NCBI GenBank assembly: GCA_040954595.2
Contig: CM082594.2
Span: 1,692,247 to 1,756,246, forward strand
Source of the DNA: Balanoglossus misakiensis
Taxonomy: Eukaryota > Animalia > Hemichordata
Length of the DNA stretch: 64,000 bases
Direction of reading: 5' to 3'
Below, one piece after another: positions 25,576-38,478 of the stretch. Within the stretch, counting starts at the first letter, position 1, and each line of letters opens with the position of its first letter. Under the pieces are notes generated by a model. That model was not told the origin of the DNA. It saw nothing but the letters and a program-made list of their open reading frames with translations, and did no database searches. The translations under genes and the position numbers were made by a program.

Positions 25576-26945
25576 TTAGGTCCCATTGGTATAGGCATAT
25601 ATACCATGGGACCTTATGGGATCGGTTGCGTCTGTATGTATTTATGGATGGATGGATGGATGGATGGATGTATGGATGTATGTCTGTATGTCCGTCCACA
25701 TCAAAAACTTGAAAACCGCTGCGCGTATCACCTCAATATTTGGTGTATAGGTGCAGGCTGGGCTGTAGATGGGAGTTTGTCCAAACGAAGTTGCCAGGCC
25801 CAAAAATATGCAAATTAGCTGGAAAAATGTGAAATTTATCAAAACTCTGAAAGTCAACAACTACTCGTCAGATTGCTTTCAAAATTGGTATGCATGTACC
25901 ATATGTCAACCTCACATCGACCTGTAAGTGTTAAGTTAATAACAGGGATGTTTTATTTTTTATGAATTTTTTAGTCTTTTTATTAAATTTATACCTTTAC
26001 TTATACCTCTATGGTTAAGCTATGTCCACGTCTTATTGTGGAATTCTGGTCTGTGCAATAGTCCTGTACAGTGACTGTCTATTGGTCAGTGAGCACAATG
26101 GGGCCAAAATAAAAGGCAAACTTTTGGGCTCACCTGTAACACCTGCTTAACACATTAATTATGTGCATACCTAATTCTGGGCTAACTAATAGGGCTAGAG
26201 GTTTCGTTCTTGTGGGACATGGACCAGTATAGGGTCAAAATTTCTTGCCCAAATTTTGGGTGACCTCAGGTGACCTTTGACCTACTTTCCTATATCTCGG
26301 CATCCAGAGCAGGTACAGACTTAGCGTTTGGAGAGTTGGGACTAAAATTGAAAAGCCAAAATGGGGGTCACCTGTAACACCTGCTTATCTCATTAATTAT
26401 GTGCATACCTAATTCCAGGCTAACCAATAGGGCTATAGGTTTGGTTTTTGTTGAACATGGACCAGTATAGGGTCAAAATTTCTTGCCCAAAATTTTCCTG
26501 ACCTCAGGTGACCTTTGACCTACTTTACCATTTCTTGGCATCCAGAGCAGGTACAGACTTGGCGTTCGGAGGGTTGGGACTAAAATTGAAAAGCCAAAAT
26601 TTGGGGTCACCTGTGACACCTGCATATCTCATTAATTATGTGCATACCTAATTCCAGGCTAACCAATAGGGCTATAGGTTTGGTTTTTGTTGAACATGGA
26701 CCAGTATAGAGTCAAAATTTCTTGCCCAAATTTTGCATAACCTCAGGTGACCTTTGACCTACTTTTCCATATCTTGGCATCCAGAGCAGATATGCTTATT
26801 GCTATGTTGCTATGTGCTATGTTGGCTTGGGCCCGCTATTGCTGCTTGTAGATCTGCTTGCAATGTCACCTGTAATTTTTATTCTGGTGTGTCACTGTTT
26901 CCGCAGTATCCTCAAATGTGACCACAGTGTCCTTGACGCTATTTT
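25576..26945 (+). mobile_element. Helentron-associated non-autonomous element (HINE/DINE-like) with three ~239-bp internal repeats
   Basis: 5' GGTCCCATTGGTA...TACCATGGGACC inverted repeat, (TGGA)n microsatellite, repeats at ~26105-26790, 3' AATGTGACCACAGTGTCCTTGACGC plus T-run. Same family at 50042-50640. Confidence 0.7.
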
Positions 26946-28189
26946 TTTTTTGTTTTGTTTTGTTTTGCGCAAGAAGGGAAAATGAGCTTTGCACACAACG
27001 TGAAGGATCAACTAGGCCAACATAACTCCATGAACCCGTCCACATACGGCCCGGATTGTATGTCGGCCCTGATCCCCCTTTCCGAACGCGACCAAACTAA
27101 TTCAGCCCTGTGCCCACTTAGCGTGTCCAAATTGGTTTTTCTATACCGCCCCAGGCCCAGCACTGATGCTACACCGCCATAATGAGTATGGTGTGACCCC
27201 CCAAGTGTTTTGCCCCCATTGCATCACATAACAAAGTTTTAAGCTTCTCTTTGTAAGTCGTCCTGAAGAGGTAAAATCACAACAGTGAACTTTCTATTTG
27301 ATTTGTGCAATATGCCTGGCTTTGAATCGCATAAAATACAAGTAAATTTTCTGTCTTGAGTTGGAAGCACGGCTGGTGGACAGCAATTTTCCTGAGGTTA
27401 TCTTTCGCGGAGTTAAGCACTGGAATCATGTGAAAAATGGGCAAGACGAGTAGGGTAAGATTGAGCCCCTAACATACATGATGCTTTTTAAAGATTGAAC
27501 AAAGTAAGAACTTAAAAATGAATTTGGAATAAATTTATTCACTATATATGAACAATAATGAAGATTAATGTTAAAACCCTAGGCATCGACAGAGTCGAAC
27601 TGTCAATGTGGATACATTCTCCAAGAACACCTCTTGCGGGTAAATTAATTTCATTATTTGTTCATTATATAGTGTAGCTAAGTGTGGCTAGGTGGCTAAC
27701 TGCTGATGTAATAAATCTTGCATACCCATTTGAAACATGTCACAGTATTCAAATTGAAATGATGAGCAAAAAAAATATCTGCTCATCATATTGATAGAAA
27801 GTGCCAAAATAGCTTGTTGACGGTGCACACAATAGCTTTTGGCTTTACCCTGGTTAACTATTATTATTTTTATTATTTTTAAATTTAATTAAGTGCCTAA
27901 TGGGTAAAGACCAAAAGCTTCTTGGTCCCATCTCTCCCCCATACAATTTTGGTTCTTTTTTTTATGCAAGATAATTACATTCTGTGTGATAACCTAGTCT
28001 TTTTTACACGCCTAAAGGGCAGTGAAAAAACCTTGAGCCAAATATAAATGAGGAAAAACTGCCCTCTCCCCCATCGTTCGATGCAAATATTAAAGGCTAA
28101 CCCGAATCGTCTTGCTGGCTTTTAATTTTTTTAATGAAATACGATGAACGAGCGAATTGTGACGAGGGACGAAGAAAACACGCAGTGTA

Positions 28190-28385
28190 TGGCGACGAAC
28201 ACGGCGAGTGACGAAGGAAATGCGGACGAACGAATGGCACCGAAGGACACGTTGGCGACGAACGAATGGCGACGAGCGACGAAGGAAATGCGGACGAGCG
28301 AATGGCACCGAAGGACACGTTGGCGACGACAGATGGCGACGAGCGACGAAGGAAATGCGGACGAGCGAATGGCACCGAAGGACAC
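28190..28385. repeat. ~60-65-bp GC-rich tandem repeat, 3 copies
   Basis: GACGAAGGAAATGCGGACGAGCGAATGGCACCGAAGGACAC repeated. Confidence 0.9.
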
Positions 28386-28569
28386 AATCTCGGGGAAAGT
28401 TGCGAAAAAATCCACGGACGAATCACACGAGCGCATAGCGAAAATAATTTCTATAAAAGAAAAAAGAACATGTTAAACATACATTTATATAATCATTTCA
28501 CAATTGTTTTACAACTACATTACACACCTTTGTCTGCATTACCCTTTACAACCTGTACACATTTAATTT

Positions 28570-28962
28570 GACCATGTGGCATTACCGGTTACACCTTTTT
28601 TGTCACTACACTTTAAACCCATAACACAACAAGTCATTATTATTAACCCTCTGTACAGAATTAATGTAACCACGTGGCATAATTTAATTAATTTCCCTTT
28701 ATTCATTGTTTTCACTAGACCATAAATCCAAACACCAGTCATATTTATATACCCTTTGTTCACACTTTACCACGTGGCATAACCCGGCCGTTACACCTTT
28801 TTATCACTATAGTCATATTAACCCTCTGTACAGAATTATATGTAACCACGTGATATAATTACCCTTTTGTACACATTTGTTTCACTATACCATAAAACCA
28901 TTTAACCACACACTTGTCATTTATATACCCTTTGTTAACACTTTACCACGTGGCATAACCCT
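28570..28962. repeat. Two ~185-200-bp direct repeats rich in CCACGTGG
   Basis: ATTAACCCTCTGTACAGAATTA and TTTATATACCCTTTGTT.ACACTTTACCACGTGGCATAACCC each occur twice. Confidence 0.8.
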
Positions 28963-29552
28963 CGATTTTACAGTACATTACTCATCACACCTTTGAAACC
29001 AAAATATTATACCCATGCAAACATTTGTATTTCTCAAAGTACCCTTGTTTGTTTGTGCACAATGTTTACATGGCGCGCCGGTTGCAAAGAAAAACAGTGA
29101 CAAGACGATACAGCACAGCGCATACAATCAACAAAACACAGAACAATGTCACCATATTCGCAGCGTTACACTCCGGGACCAATGCCGACCACTCCATTTT
29201 ACCATTTCCACCGCGCAGTTTTACCAGAGATCAGCCGCCGTACATGTATCCAAACTGAAAGACAAAGAAATGATACCGTCTGCGAATTCAAATGCCACTA
29301 ACGGACAGAGTGGCATCTGCGCATGCGAGTATGATAATTAGCATCCAGAAAAATCCAGAATAAACCCACTGCGCATGCACTCTAGCCTTTAATTAGACAA
29401 AATAATCAGTTCAACGCAACACGTCCTGGTTGGGATTATAATAACAAAAGAAAGAATTATCAGTTCGGCAAGATTTGAATAACACCGAAAATTCACTACA
29501 GTGGCAACGCGCGTCTAAATTAAATGAGACACCTGATTTTATCAAGCTGATT

Positions 29553-29612
29553 CCACAGGTCGCGCGCTAGTTGAGAGCGCTTGTGCTCTCAACTGCGCAG
29601 CGCGACCTGTGG
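29553..29612. repeat. 60-nt hairpin
   Basis: CCACAGGTCGCGC-AGTTGAGAGC ... GCTCTCAACT-GCGCGACCTGTGG. Confidence 0.85.
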
Positions 29613-30180
29613 TTGATATAATGGGCATGTAACAATATTTGCAACATTGTTGATGCTTATGCAGACATTATGCTTGAAGAAATTTAAAACTCAAACTTTG
29701 TAGCCTAATATGAAGAAAACTCGGCAAATTGTGCGTGTCATTTTTTTCCGTTACCATGCATTAATTTTACTGACACAGAACACTCCAAGGAAAGATACAG
29801 TACACGTCCAAGGACCGCCGATTACATGCACAGGTGGTTACAATGAATGTTGATAAAACTTTTCTGGAACTGTTTCCATACAGTCAGTTGGACTTGGAAA
29901 TACACAGGCCCCTATTATGCGACAAGTGACATCATTTCGTTTCTGATAAAACGTATCATCGAGCAGTGGTTTTCCACGACAAAACGAGCGTCCACTCAAT
30001 TTCACTTCCATGTTTCCCACAATAAACTTGTGCAGTTGTGGAATAAAGTCAGTCATCGGACAAAGCTTAGAGTGTTCGCTCTTCGCGTAGAAACAAGCCC
30101 ATTTTGTTGGATACTGTGACTATGCCCAAACTTAATAACTATGTTGGGACATCCGTATAGAGTAATTACTTGACAGTGAA

Positions 30181-30594
30181 ATGAAAACCATGGAATATTA
30201 TCTATATACAACAGATTATGATGTTTCACAGAGCTGTTTTGGAATGTGTAAAGGTGAAATTCGTTCTCGTTCTGACTTCATACCTGACCCACCCATTAGT
30301 AAAATGTTGATGGTCCTTCCACTCGGACAAGCACGCGGCTTTGTGGAAGCTAGCCGACAGTTATCGCTGGGTTGTCGGATTTGTTGCCGAACCCCAACGG
30401 TACAGCTGCGTACCACAGCTAGCTCGGAGCGAGAGTTTCGGTACCGAGTTGAGTTACAAATTCGGCCTGAGCTGATGGTTTGGGTTACGCGATCCCATGA
30501 CTTGTACACGTTCACAGACGCTAAGCTTGTTAAGAAACTATTTGGACAGAATAACGGTCAATCAAATATCACATACACACAAATTATTCATTAA
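30181..30594 (+). CDS. Orphan intronless ORF, 137 aa
   Basis: ATG-initiated, protein-like composition, AT-rich flanks; no recognisable domain. Confidence 0.3.
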   Translation: MKTMEYYLYTTDYDVSQSCFGMCKGEIRSRSDFIPDPPISKMLMVLPLGQARGFVEASRQLSLGCRICCRTPTVQLRTTASSEREFRYRVELQIRPELMVWVTRSHDLYTFTDAKLVKKLFGQNNGQSNITYTQIIH

Positions 30595-32752
30595 ATAATC
30601 TTATTTAAATAACTCGAAAAATATAAAATGAATAAGTACAACCATTGAAAGATTCTTTTGTCTAACGGTGACCAATTAAACGACCAACAGCAAATACAAC
30701 ATTCCACCAAAAGATAATAGACTGACAATTAATAGTACTGGGATTTGCATGCAATAATTCTATAGCTAGCGTTAAAGTTTTCAAGGAACAGTCACGTATT
30801 ACCTCACAATATTGTCCTGACGAGTTAGAAGAAGAAAAACTCCATGAAATTTCCAGCTCGAGGGTGGCGTAATCGGGGATCCATAAATAAGGGCAAATTC
30901 AAGTTCTCGAAAGTCTAGATTAGTCCACACAGAATACCCAAAGACCGGATCCAGGGCGCCGGGTTCACATGTGATGTACTCACGGAACTTCAATGCTCCA
31001 AGAACACTACTTTCTTGAAAGACCACTGGAACATACGACAAGAATCCTTGATGATGGTGACGGGACGACATGTAAGGTAGTAAGCACGAGGTCGGATGGA
31101 AACTGGTCAATGTGGCCGGAGACAACACGTGGCATAGTAACCTTTTACAAATAACGGCGAGGCAACGTGGCAATGTACGTTTTTTATACGACTAAAATAC
31201 ATAATTAATTAACACCTGGATACGCGGTGTGTTGAACAAAGGAATAAAAGTGAGGTTCACCTGGTCAATGAACCATTGGACACATGGACAACGTAACACG
31301 CTAAAAAAGCAAAACAAAACAGAACACTATTTATTTGATAACAATTCATGGCTTACACTTAGTTTTCTAGTTGCTGAATACGAGAAATGACTTAAAAATC
31401 TAAACACATGAAGCAAATCTAGCCATATGCGTAACTTTCGGAAAATGTACAGGACGTAAGACAGAAATTGGTACATAAAAACAAAAGCACAATTTGTTCG
31501 ACGCTTGTGGTCTTCCTGCGCTTGGCGCACAGTGCGCCCTCATGCGACCGAATCGAATCATGGGAATGGGAACATGGTGACTGTCGCTTATTTTGGTCTA
31601 ACGTAACCATGGTTACCTGTCGTGAAACCTTATGTTCTACACATTGTTGTTCGTGGGAGTGGCATCAGTTTGCGTTCAGGTGAGAATTGTTTGCTCTGCC
31701 TCCGCGTATGATTCGAAAAACGCGTTTACAAAGCAAAACGGATATCGATACTTCCGGTTTGTAATGTGCGATCGCTTATCCTGGACAACTTTGAATCCAG
31801 CAGAATTGTATTTGACTTTCAATGTACTAATGTATTTACAGGCTACTTATCAAAAAACAGGTGCTAAGTACTTAAACTGATAATTCTATTTTGATGTTAC
31901 TTAGTTCCTATATTAACATTACTCCTCTGCCTTTACGTACAGTACAGGTGACATATTAATATTAATCCAGGATCTAAGTAACATGGTACTCGTAACTCAT
32001 CTGGAAATAAAGGTTTCAAACCAACAGGTATTAACATTATTTTGTAACACAAAGTGCAATTAGTTCTACATAGGATAAGTTCTATAGAGAAATATTGGTA
32101 TTCACACAGGTGTCATGGAAATCTGAATTGATCAGGATATCAATGTCCTCATTGTTACTAGATACAAAGGATTAATTGATTTCTGAAATATCTGAAACAA
32201 AAATTTAAAGGAAACTTTCTCTCAGAAGGCACTGTTTATTTACGAATAGTATGGCTGCAGACATAGAACATTCATGCCCTGAAGTCTTGTCCAAGTTCCT
32301 GTCATGTCATTTAGCTCTGAGATATTGAAAAATTCAACCTCAGCATGTCATTGCTATCAAAATATAGCATCACTACAATCAACAGGTCTGCCCTGCATCT
32401 GAAAGCTGTTACACACATGTTGCTGTACAGTCAAGCCCCCGCCAACAGTGCCCTCGTAGGGGAAGGAACCCTGACATGTTTTCATGTTCAGATATTTCAG
32501 AATTAGTCTTTCAATTGGTAGTGTTTGATAAATAGCCCCTAAACTTTTGCATTTGTTGTTTATGTACTTTTAAAGGTTTCATTGTTCAATAAAAAACTTG
32601 AAAAGAATTCTGTTGTCATGTCATATAACAGTTTTGAAATACTAAGTACCCATGTACATACATATACATGATTTGTTGGCATCATGCCTCAATATTTATG
32701 TGATTGTGCCCTGCAATGGGGCTAAAATCAAGTTTGGTAAACTGGTTCATTA

Positions 32753-33426
32753 GGCTGCATTCTCAAACACCTCTGGAGGGGGGGGGGATTTGAAAAAATT
32801 GAGGGTATGTAAGGGGGGGATTTGAAATAATTTAGGGACTGAAAGGGGGGGGACTTGAAAACTTTCACGACTAAATATTTATTTGGAGTCCATTCATCAA
32901 CACCTTTCAATCATTGACTGGTTTATCTAGTGTCCCAGGTCAGGGGACTTGCCCCCACCCCATGATAACTTTGAGCGGTGACGGTTAAATTTGTCCTCCC
33001 CAACATACCGGTTAGTTGAGTTAATTTGCTTTTGCCGGGTTCATTAAAATGCAGCTTTGAGCTCTGTATTTTATAACATTTTCTTACGTGGGAGGGAGAC
33101 ACCCCCTCCCACACCCTTCAATTCTCGGTTTACAATGTCTCCCAACACACAATACAAATGCTTAAAAAATAATAACAATGTTCAGTTTTAATAACCACTG
33201 ATTTCAAATTCTTTTCATGGGAGCACTGTTTTCTATTTTACAAGATAGATAGGTGATGTGTTTTGCTCTGTGAAAGAAAATGGGGGGGGGGGGATTTCAA
33301 AATTTTGGCAGTTCGGAAGGGGGGGATTTGAAAAATATTTTGGGTTGTGTACGGGGGGCATGTGAAAATTAGCGGTAAAACAAAATTGAATTCTCCCCCC
33401 CTCCAGAGGTGTTTGTGAATGCAGCC
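32753..33426. mobile_element. PIF/Harbinger-type MITE
   Basis: TIR GGCTGCATTC(T/A)CAAACACCTCTGGAGGGGGG; TSD TTA at 32750-32752 and 33427-33429. Confidence 0.88.
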
Positions 33427-34257
33427 TTATGCGTTTAGGGTAAGGACTACAAATTACTGAAAAAAAAACAAAAATGTCAATGTGAAATTGCAAATAAAAA
33501 CTCCTTCGTAGTTTTGACCTCCAAAAATGAAGTAAAAACAATGGGTCACTTTGCTGCCCATTAATGTAAATGCTACGTAGGTTTAACAACACAAACTTAA
33601 ATTTTTATGTTTCAGTGTTTATGACAAATTAAGCTCTAAAAAGAACTGTATTATGGTTAGGTTTATGGTGTATTTTGTATGAAACTGCTTTGTTTAGTAG
33701 AATGACACTTTTTAAACACTTTTTCACTTCAAACTGGCATGTATGTCTCGGGAGTGAATTTTGTACATATTACGCCATTTCGATTCTATTCTGACTTATG
33801 TTAGGGTTTGAACACAGGTCTCTACCCTCTATTATTCCACAGGGGTACTTCTGCTGACTACCACTCACATGTTGACTATTATTAACAATCCATTACATGC
33901 AGACGTGATGTAACTAGACCTACGACCTAGATTCTTAAAGTGCAAAAACACCCTAGGCAAATTCGTGTTATAGGTGGAAAATACCAGGAGTTGGCATGGG
34001 CTTACAATTGAAACCCGACAGATTCAAGCTAGTGACTGAAACTGTTAGATTTTCATTATAAACCCACTCCAACTTGTGGTAATTCATAGAAAAGAAAACA
34101 TTGTATACATTCACTAAATTTGGAATTGTCCAGGCAAGTTCATATACATGTACTACATGTGTAATGCGAGTAAATGTATGGCATTTTTCATAAAGTCATT
34201 TGTACCTGAATGTTTGAATGCAATATTGTTACAAATACATTTGAGATGTTATGTACT

Positions 34258-36573
34258 TCATTCACTCTCCATAAAAGTCTGTACTATTTCAACAGTCTGC
34301 ACATACAAATCAATGCCATTATTTTCTGATTCAGAGAGTGGGTCTACAAATGTACACAGTTGTTCATATTGGTCCTCTGTCAGGTTTAGAGAAATGTTTG
34401 GGACAACAATCTCTTCAGGTTCAGCTGTTGATCCATGCATTGGTGATGGCATTGGTCCATCCCAGTCAACACCATAGTATTCAAAATCCTACAAGACATA
34501 ACACAAGAAACTGAAAGCATTCTTTACATTTCAAATAATATTTTCACAGCTGTATTTCATTCAAAGGAACCCCAAAGTCAAATTTCACCTTTAATGTGGA
34601 GTTGCACAAAAGTTGTGATTTTGCCAAATGTAACTTTTTACATATATCAGTAGGTCTAATACTGACCCAAATTCTAAATTCCCCCCCCCCCCCCCAAAAA
34701 AAAAAAAATAACACTTTTTGGAAGGAGTGGGCAGCTCCACACGTTTCTTGTTTACGTACAGAAGCCAATGCACCAGCAAATGTCTGGTTATAAAATAACA
34801 AGCCGATGAGGTGCTAATTGATTATCTCATCCCTGATACTTATATAAAGTTCTACCTGTAGTGTTGGTGAGAAGACTTCTCTGGCAACAGTTCTAGCAGA
34901 ATTTGATATTTGCAGCAAACCTCTGATCCACAATTGATTTGGGGTCTGATGTCCAGCTGTTCTTATACCATGGCAATTCTATCCTCCTGTAAATTACTCC
35001 AATGCTCTATTTATTCTTGGTAGGTAAACAAACTGCACAGAAAACATATGCACTTCATTTGTAGGGTCCAACATCATCTGATCCTCCATGTAATATAGCA
35101 TATCGTAAAACACAAATATGCAACCAGAGTACATGTCCCTCCAAAGTCTTTCAATCCTTTGATTGTGCACACTGCTACCTGCAATGTGGCTTCCTCTATT
35201 GTACCCTCTTTCTGGATGAGTCAACATGAACCTTGCCACTTCTATATTTTCCATACCTTTATCTGATCTGACACGTGCAGGAAGACCATGTGAATCAACT
35301 GCATGCTGAAACAGTGACAGGACAGTGTTGGCTTTGTTGTCAGCACTACAGTGCAGGTACATGATTTTCCTGGAGTATCCATCAATTGCACCATGAATTA
35401 TTAAACCCCACCTAAAAAGATGAAAAATAAACCATAAAATATAGTATTGCAATGATTGGAATAAATATTAAAGAAAACATTAATGCAGGTTTGTAACTCT
35501 TGTATTGTATGCAGATTTGAAGCTGTTTTATTACCAAAATTGAGGAAATTATGATTGCCCAACAGTAAAAGAGTTTTGTAGTTATCCGACCTGGAGTGCT
35601 TAAATTTGTATCATTGACACATTTGTTAGCATACTTTTTGTAGTAAAACCTCCAATAAAATGCACACCAAGTCCAAGCTGGTATGTCAGATTAGCATATG
35701 TAAATATTTTTTGTAGTGGACAGTTAAGTTATACAGACATGAATTAAAAAAAAAAAAAAAATTTTTTTGTCACACTATAAACAGTCTCACAAATATTACC
35801 CTGAAGTCTCACTCTCATCACTGTGCCAGTAAGAGGATAAACACAAAAAAGCTGACCAATGCGCTATGCATGAAAAGAACATACCTGATGAGTTTGTGGT
35901 TCCCATCAATGTGCCAAAGAGCAAGTGGCGAAGATACGTTGAAGGTTCTGCGAGGGGTCAAGCGTATTTCCAAGCCCCGCATCAGCACTCCTCGTAGGTC
36001 AACTCTGCGTACAGCACTTCTAATTCTGTTCTGCTGGACTCGTAATTTTTTATTCAGAAGAAATCCCCCCATTCTCCTGTACCCGCAATTGGGGAAATCG
36101 CTGAGAATATCACGAACATGCACATCTAGTTCATCGTCGGTTATCGTACTGTAGGTATCTCGAACAGATATACTGTAAGAACTGAGCCGGCGTCTTACAG
36201 TGCGTTCGCTAATACCTAACATACTAGCAATCTTGCCAGCGCTGAACCCCATACCAACTAAAAACCTCAATTGCTCTTCAGGAATGTAATACGACGGTCG
36301 TCCTCTAGTACCTGGTGTTAATACAGCCGGTTGGTAAGACTCGTGCTCGTCAACACATAACGTCCGTTGTAGTTCACCCTTGGCTAAGTTGACAACTTCA
36401 ACGACTCGGCCACTACACAAACCCGCAGCATTCACCTGAACCAGCAACCACACTAAACTTTCGCACCTTCGTTCTAGGTCTTCGACTCTCTCTGCTTGAG
36501 GCTCACTGTCCAATTCATGGATTATACTGTTTAAAATTGACATCACATGGCCACGAACAAATTGGACGTCCAT
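34258..36573 (-). pseudogene. IS3EU-type DDE transposase, three exons (36573-35885, 35411-34856, 34488-34258), two nonsense codons
   Basis: 'RGRPSYYI', HTH, 'LWHIDGNHKLIR|[14 protein letters not shown]', '[10 protein letters not shown]', '[13 protein letters not shown]', 'YGVDWDGP', 'DPLSESENNGIDLY'. GT-AG introns join in frame; stops near 34995 and 34980. Confidence 0.9.
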
Positions 36574-36665
36574 ATTGTCGAAGTTTCAAAACTTTAACTT
36601 CCGGGTCACCGTTTCGAGATCGCTATAAGACCCCCTAAGCTCACCCCCAGTAGACCTGACATACT

Positions 36666-37051
36666 CTAATCGAAAAGCTGTGCGTTCTCATCGAAAAGCT
36701 TTAGCGCTCTGATAGAAAAGCTGGGTGTTCTAATCGAAAAGCTAGGTGCTCTTATCAATAAGCGGGCGCCCTCATCGTAAAGTGGGGGTGGTAACTCTGA
36801 TCGAAAAGCTGTGTGCAGTGATGGAAAAGTGAATACTCTGATCGAAAAGAGCGAATACTCTGATCGGAAAGCTGTGTGCTCTGATGGAAAAGTGAATACT
36901 CTGATCGAAAAGCTTCGTTCTCTGATCGAAAAGCTGTGTGCTCTGATGGAAAAGTGAATACTCTCATCGAAAAGCGCAAATACTCTCATCGAAAAGTGAA
37001 TACTCTCATCGAAAAGCTGTGTGCTAATTTTGGCATGAATTACACTCCATA
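36666..37051. mobile_element. IS3EU element 2 end: ~18-20-bp ATCGAAAAG tandem repeats plus TATGG terminus
   Basis: About 18 copies of CTC(T/A)ATCGAAAAG-like units, then ...GGCATGAATTACACTCCATA (reverse complement TATGGAG) abutting LTR sequence at 37052. Confidence 0.8.
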
Positions 37052-37652
37052 GATTTGGACTGTTGGTTGGTTACCCATTGATTGCTTTACTTACCTGTTA
37101 GTCAGGGTGAGTGAATTGTACCTTTTAAACAGACTTACCTGGTTTTGTCTAATTTGCTGTTATTTACTGTAATTCTGAATACTTGAAATAGTACTGCACA
37201 ATGCATATATTATCAGTACATGTCATGATTTATACTATGATGAAGCCATGTTGACGTTATGTTTACAATTCATCAGTATATTAGCATCTCCCTGATGTTG
37301 AGAACTGTATTGTAATTTCATTGATTTACCTGAATATTTTTGTGTATTTATTTACTTGTGTCTTAGTCGCTGACGCTTAGTCTGACCATGAGTAATGGGG
37401 AAATACACTGACACTGCAATCTTTATTTCTTTGCAGGTTCTTTGTTGTTGCGTAGTTGTTTGGTTGTGGTACTTGTTTTCAAGTCACTTACAGTTTACTA
37501 TTCAAGTCTCGCTCCTGTCAAAACCACTTATGGTCTATCATTATCCAAATTGAACCATTGTAATGTGTGACTGCATACGGAAGCTGGAATAAAAGTGCTC
37601 ATTGGAATTGAACTCTAACCGTGGTGTGCGTGTCCAATGTTCCTGTGTTACA
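37052..37652 (+). repeat. 5' LTR (3' half only)
   Basis: Matches 48921-49522 with about 4 substitutions and 1 indel by my count; ends in CA. Confidence 0.95.
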
Positions 37653-37655
37653 TTT

Positions 37656-37675
37656 TGGCGTAGTCGGCAGGATTC
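37656..37675 (+). promoter_or_regulatory. Primer-binding site complementary to tRNA-Ser 3' end
   Basis: TGGCGTAGTCGGCAGGATTC, 3 nt after the LTR; complement of ...GAAUCCUGCCGACUACGCCA. Confidence 0.9.
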
Positions 37676-38478
37676 CAGCAAGACTTCCACAGCAGGACTT
37701 CAGCGAGATTTCCAGAGTGGACATCATTAACCCTGACTGTACTGAGAGGATAAGTGCTGAACATTAAATCCAGTTATGAACTTTTGTTGCCATTATACAT
37801 AGCTCTGTTATAATTGTGGGATTATTAGGGCAAATTTGTCAGAAGTCTTCTTTTTCGAATATTCGCCAAGGTCTGAATGTGTATGCACTCTGGGCACCGT
37901 ACTCCTCACGGGACCTGATAACTCGGGTCAGTGCAACATGTTCACCTTGGGCTTTTGGATCGCCTTCCAATGGCTGTGATTTGAAACTCGAAGAAATGAA
38001 ATTCCACTGTCCAGAAATATCAGAGTGATCATACAGATTTCTTTTGATAATGTCTTACATTTGTATGAAAAGTAGTATTCGCAGCTATGATGGATTGACT
38101 TTTCAGTGATCAGTGCATTTGTTGGTGACAAATTTTTTTTACGTACTTTTGATGTTGTATATGTCTTCAAATATTAAGGTTGTACTTGCTTAGATTGTCC
38201 TGAATGTATTTTGTATAGTTAAAGCTGCACATGCTTCATAATTTTGATGTTGTGTATGTCTTGTACTATTATTGGTTATATGTACACGAATCTGTATCAT
38301 TAAGAATGCATATTTTGTTTTGAAGCTTGAATGGGTTTGACACATTTGCATGGTACATGTATTACTGCTGAAATATTGAGTTGCGCTTTCGTGCTAGCGT
38401 TACATACTTGTACATATATACTTACCGGTTACCGAGTCACATTGCTTACATACCCTGTTGCCCTGTATTACAAATAAA

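Noticed and set aside
28090-29392. Kolobok-like element bounded by TTAA-AGGCTA...TAGCCT-TTAA
   Set aside because: Only 6 bp of inverted match beyond TTAA; may be chance.
32250-32280. TATGG...ATTCATGCC as the left TIR of IS3EU element 2
   Set aside because: Spacing differs from the right TIR, and there is no GATTTG duplication or LTR sequence upstream.
36666-36989. Repetitive 107-aa ORF (FSIR repeats); likewise 28097-28476
   Set aside because: Translation of tandem DNA repeats.
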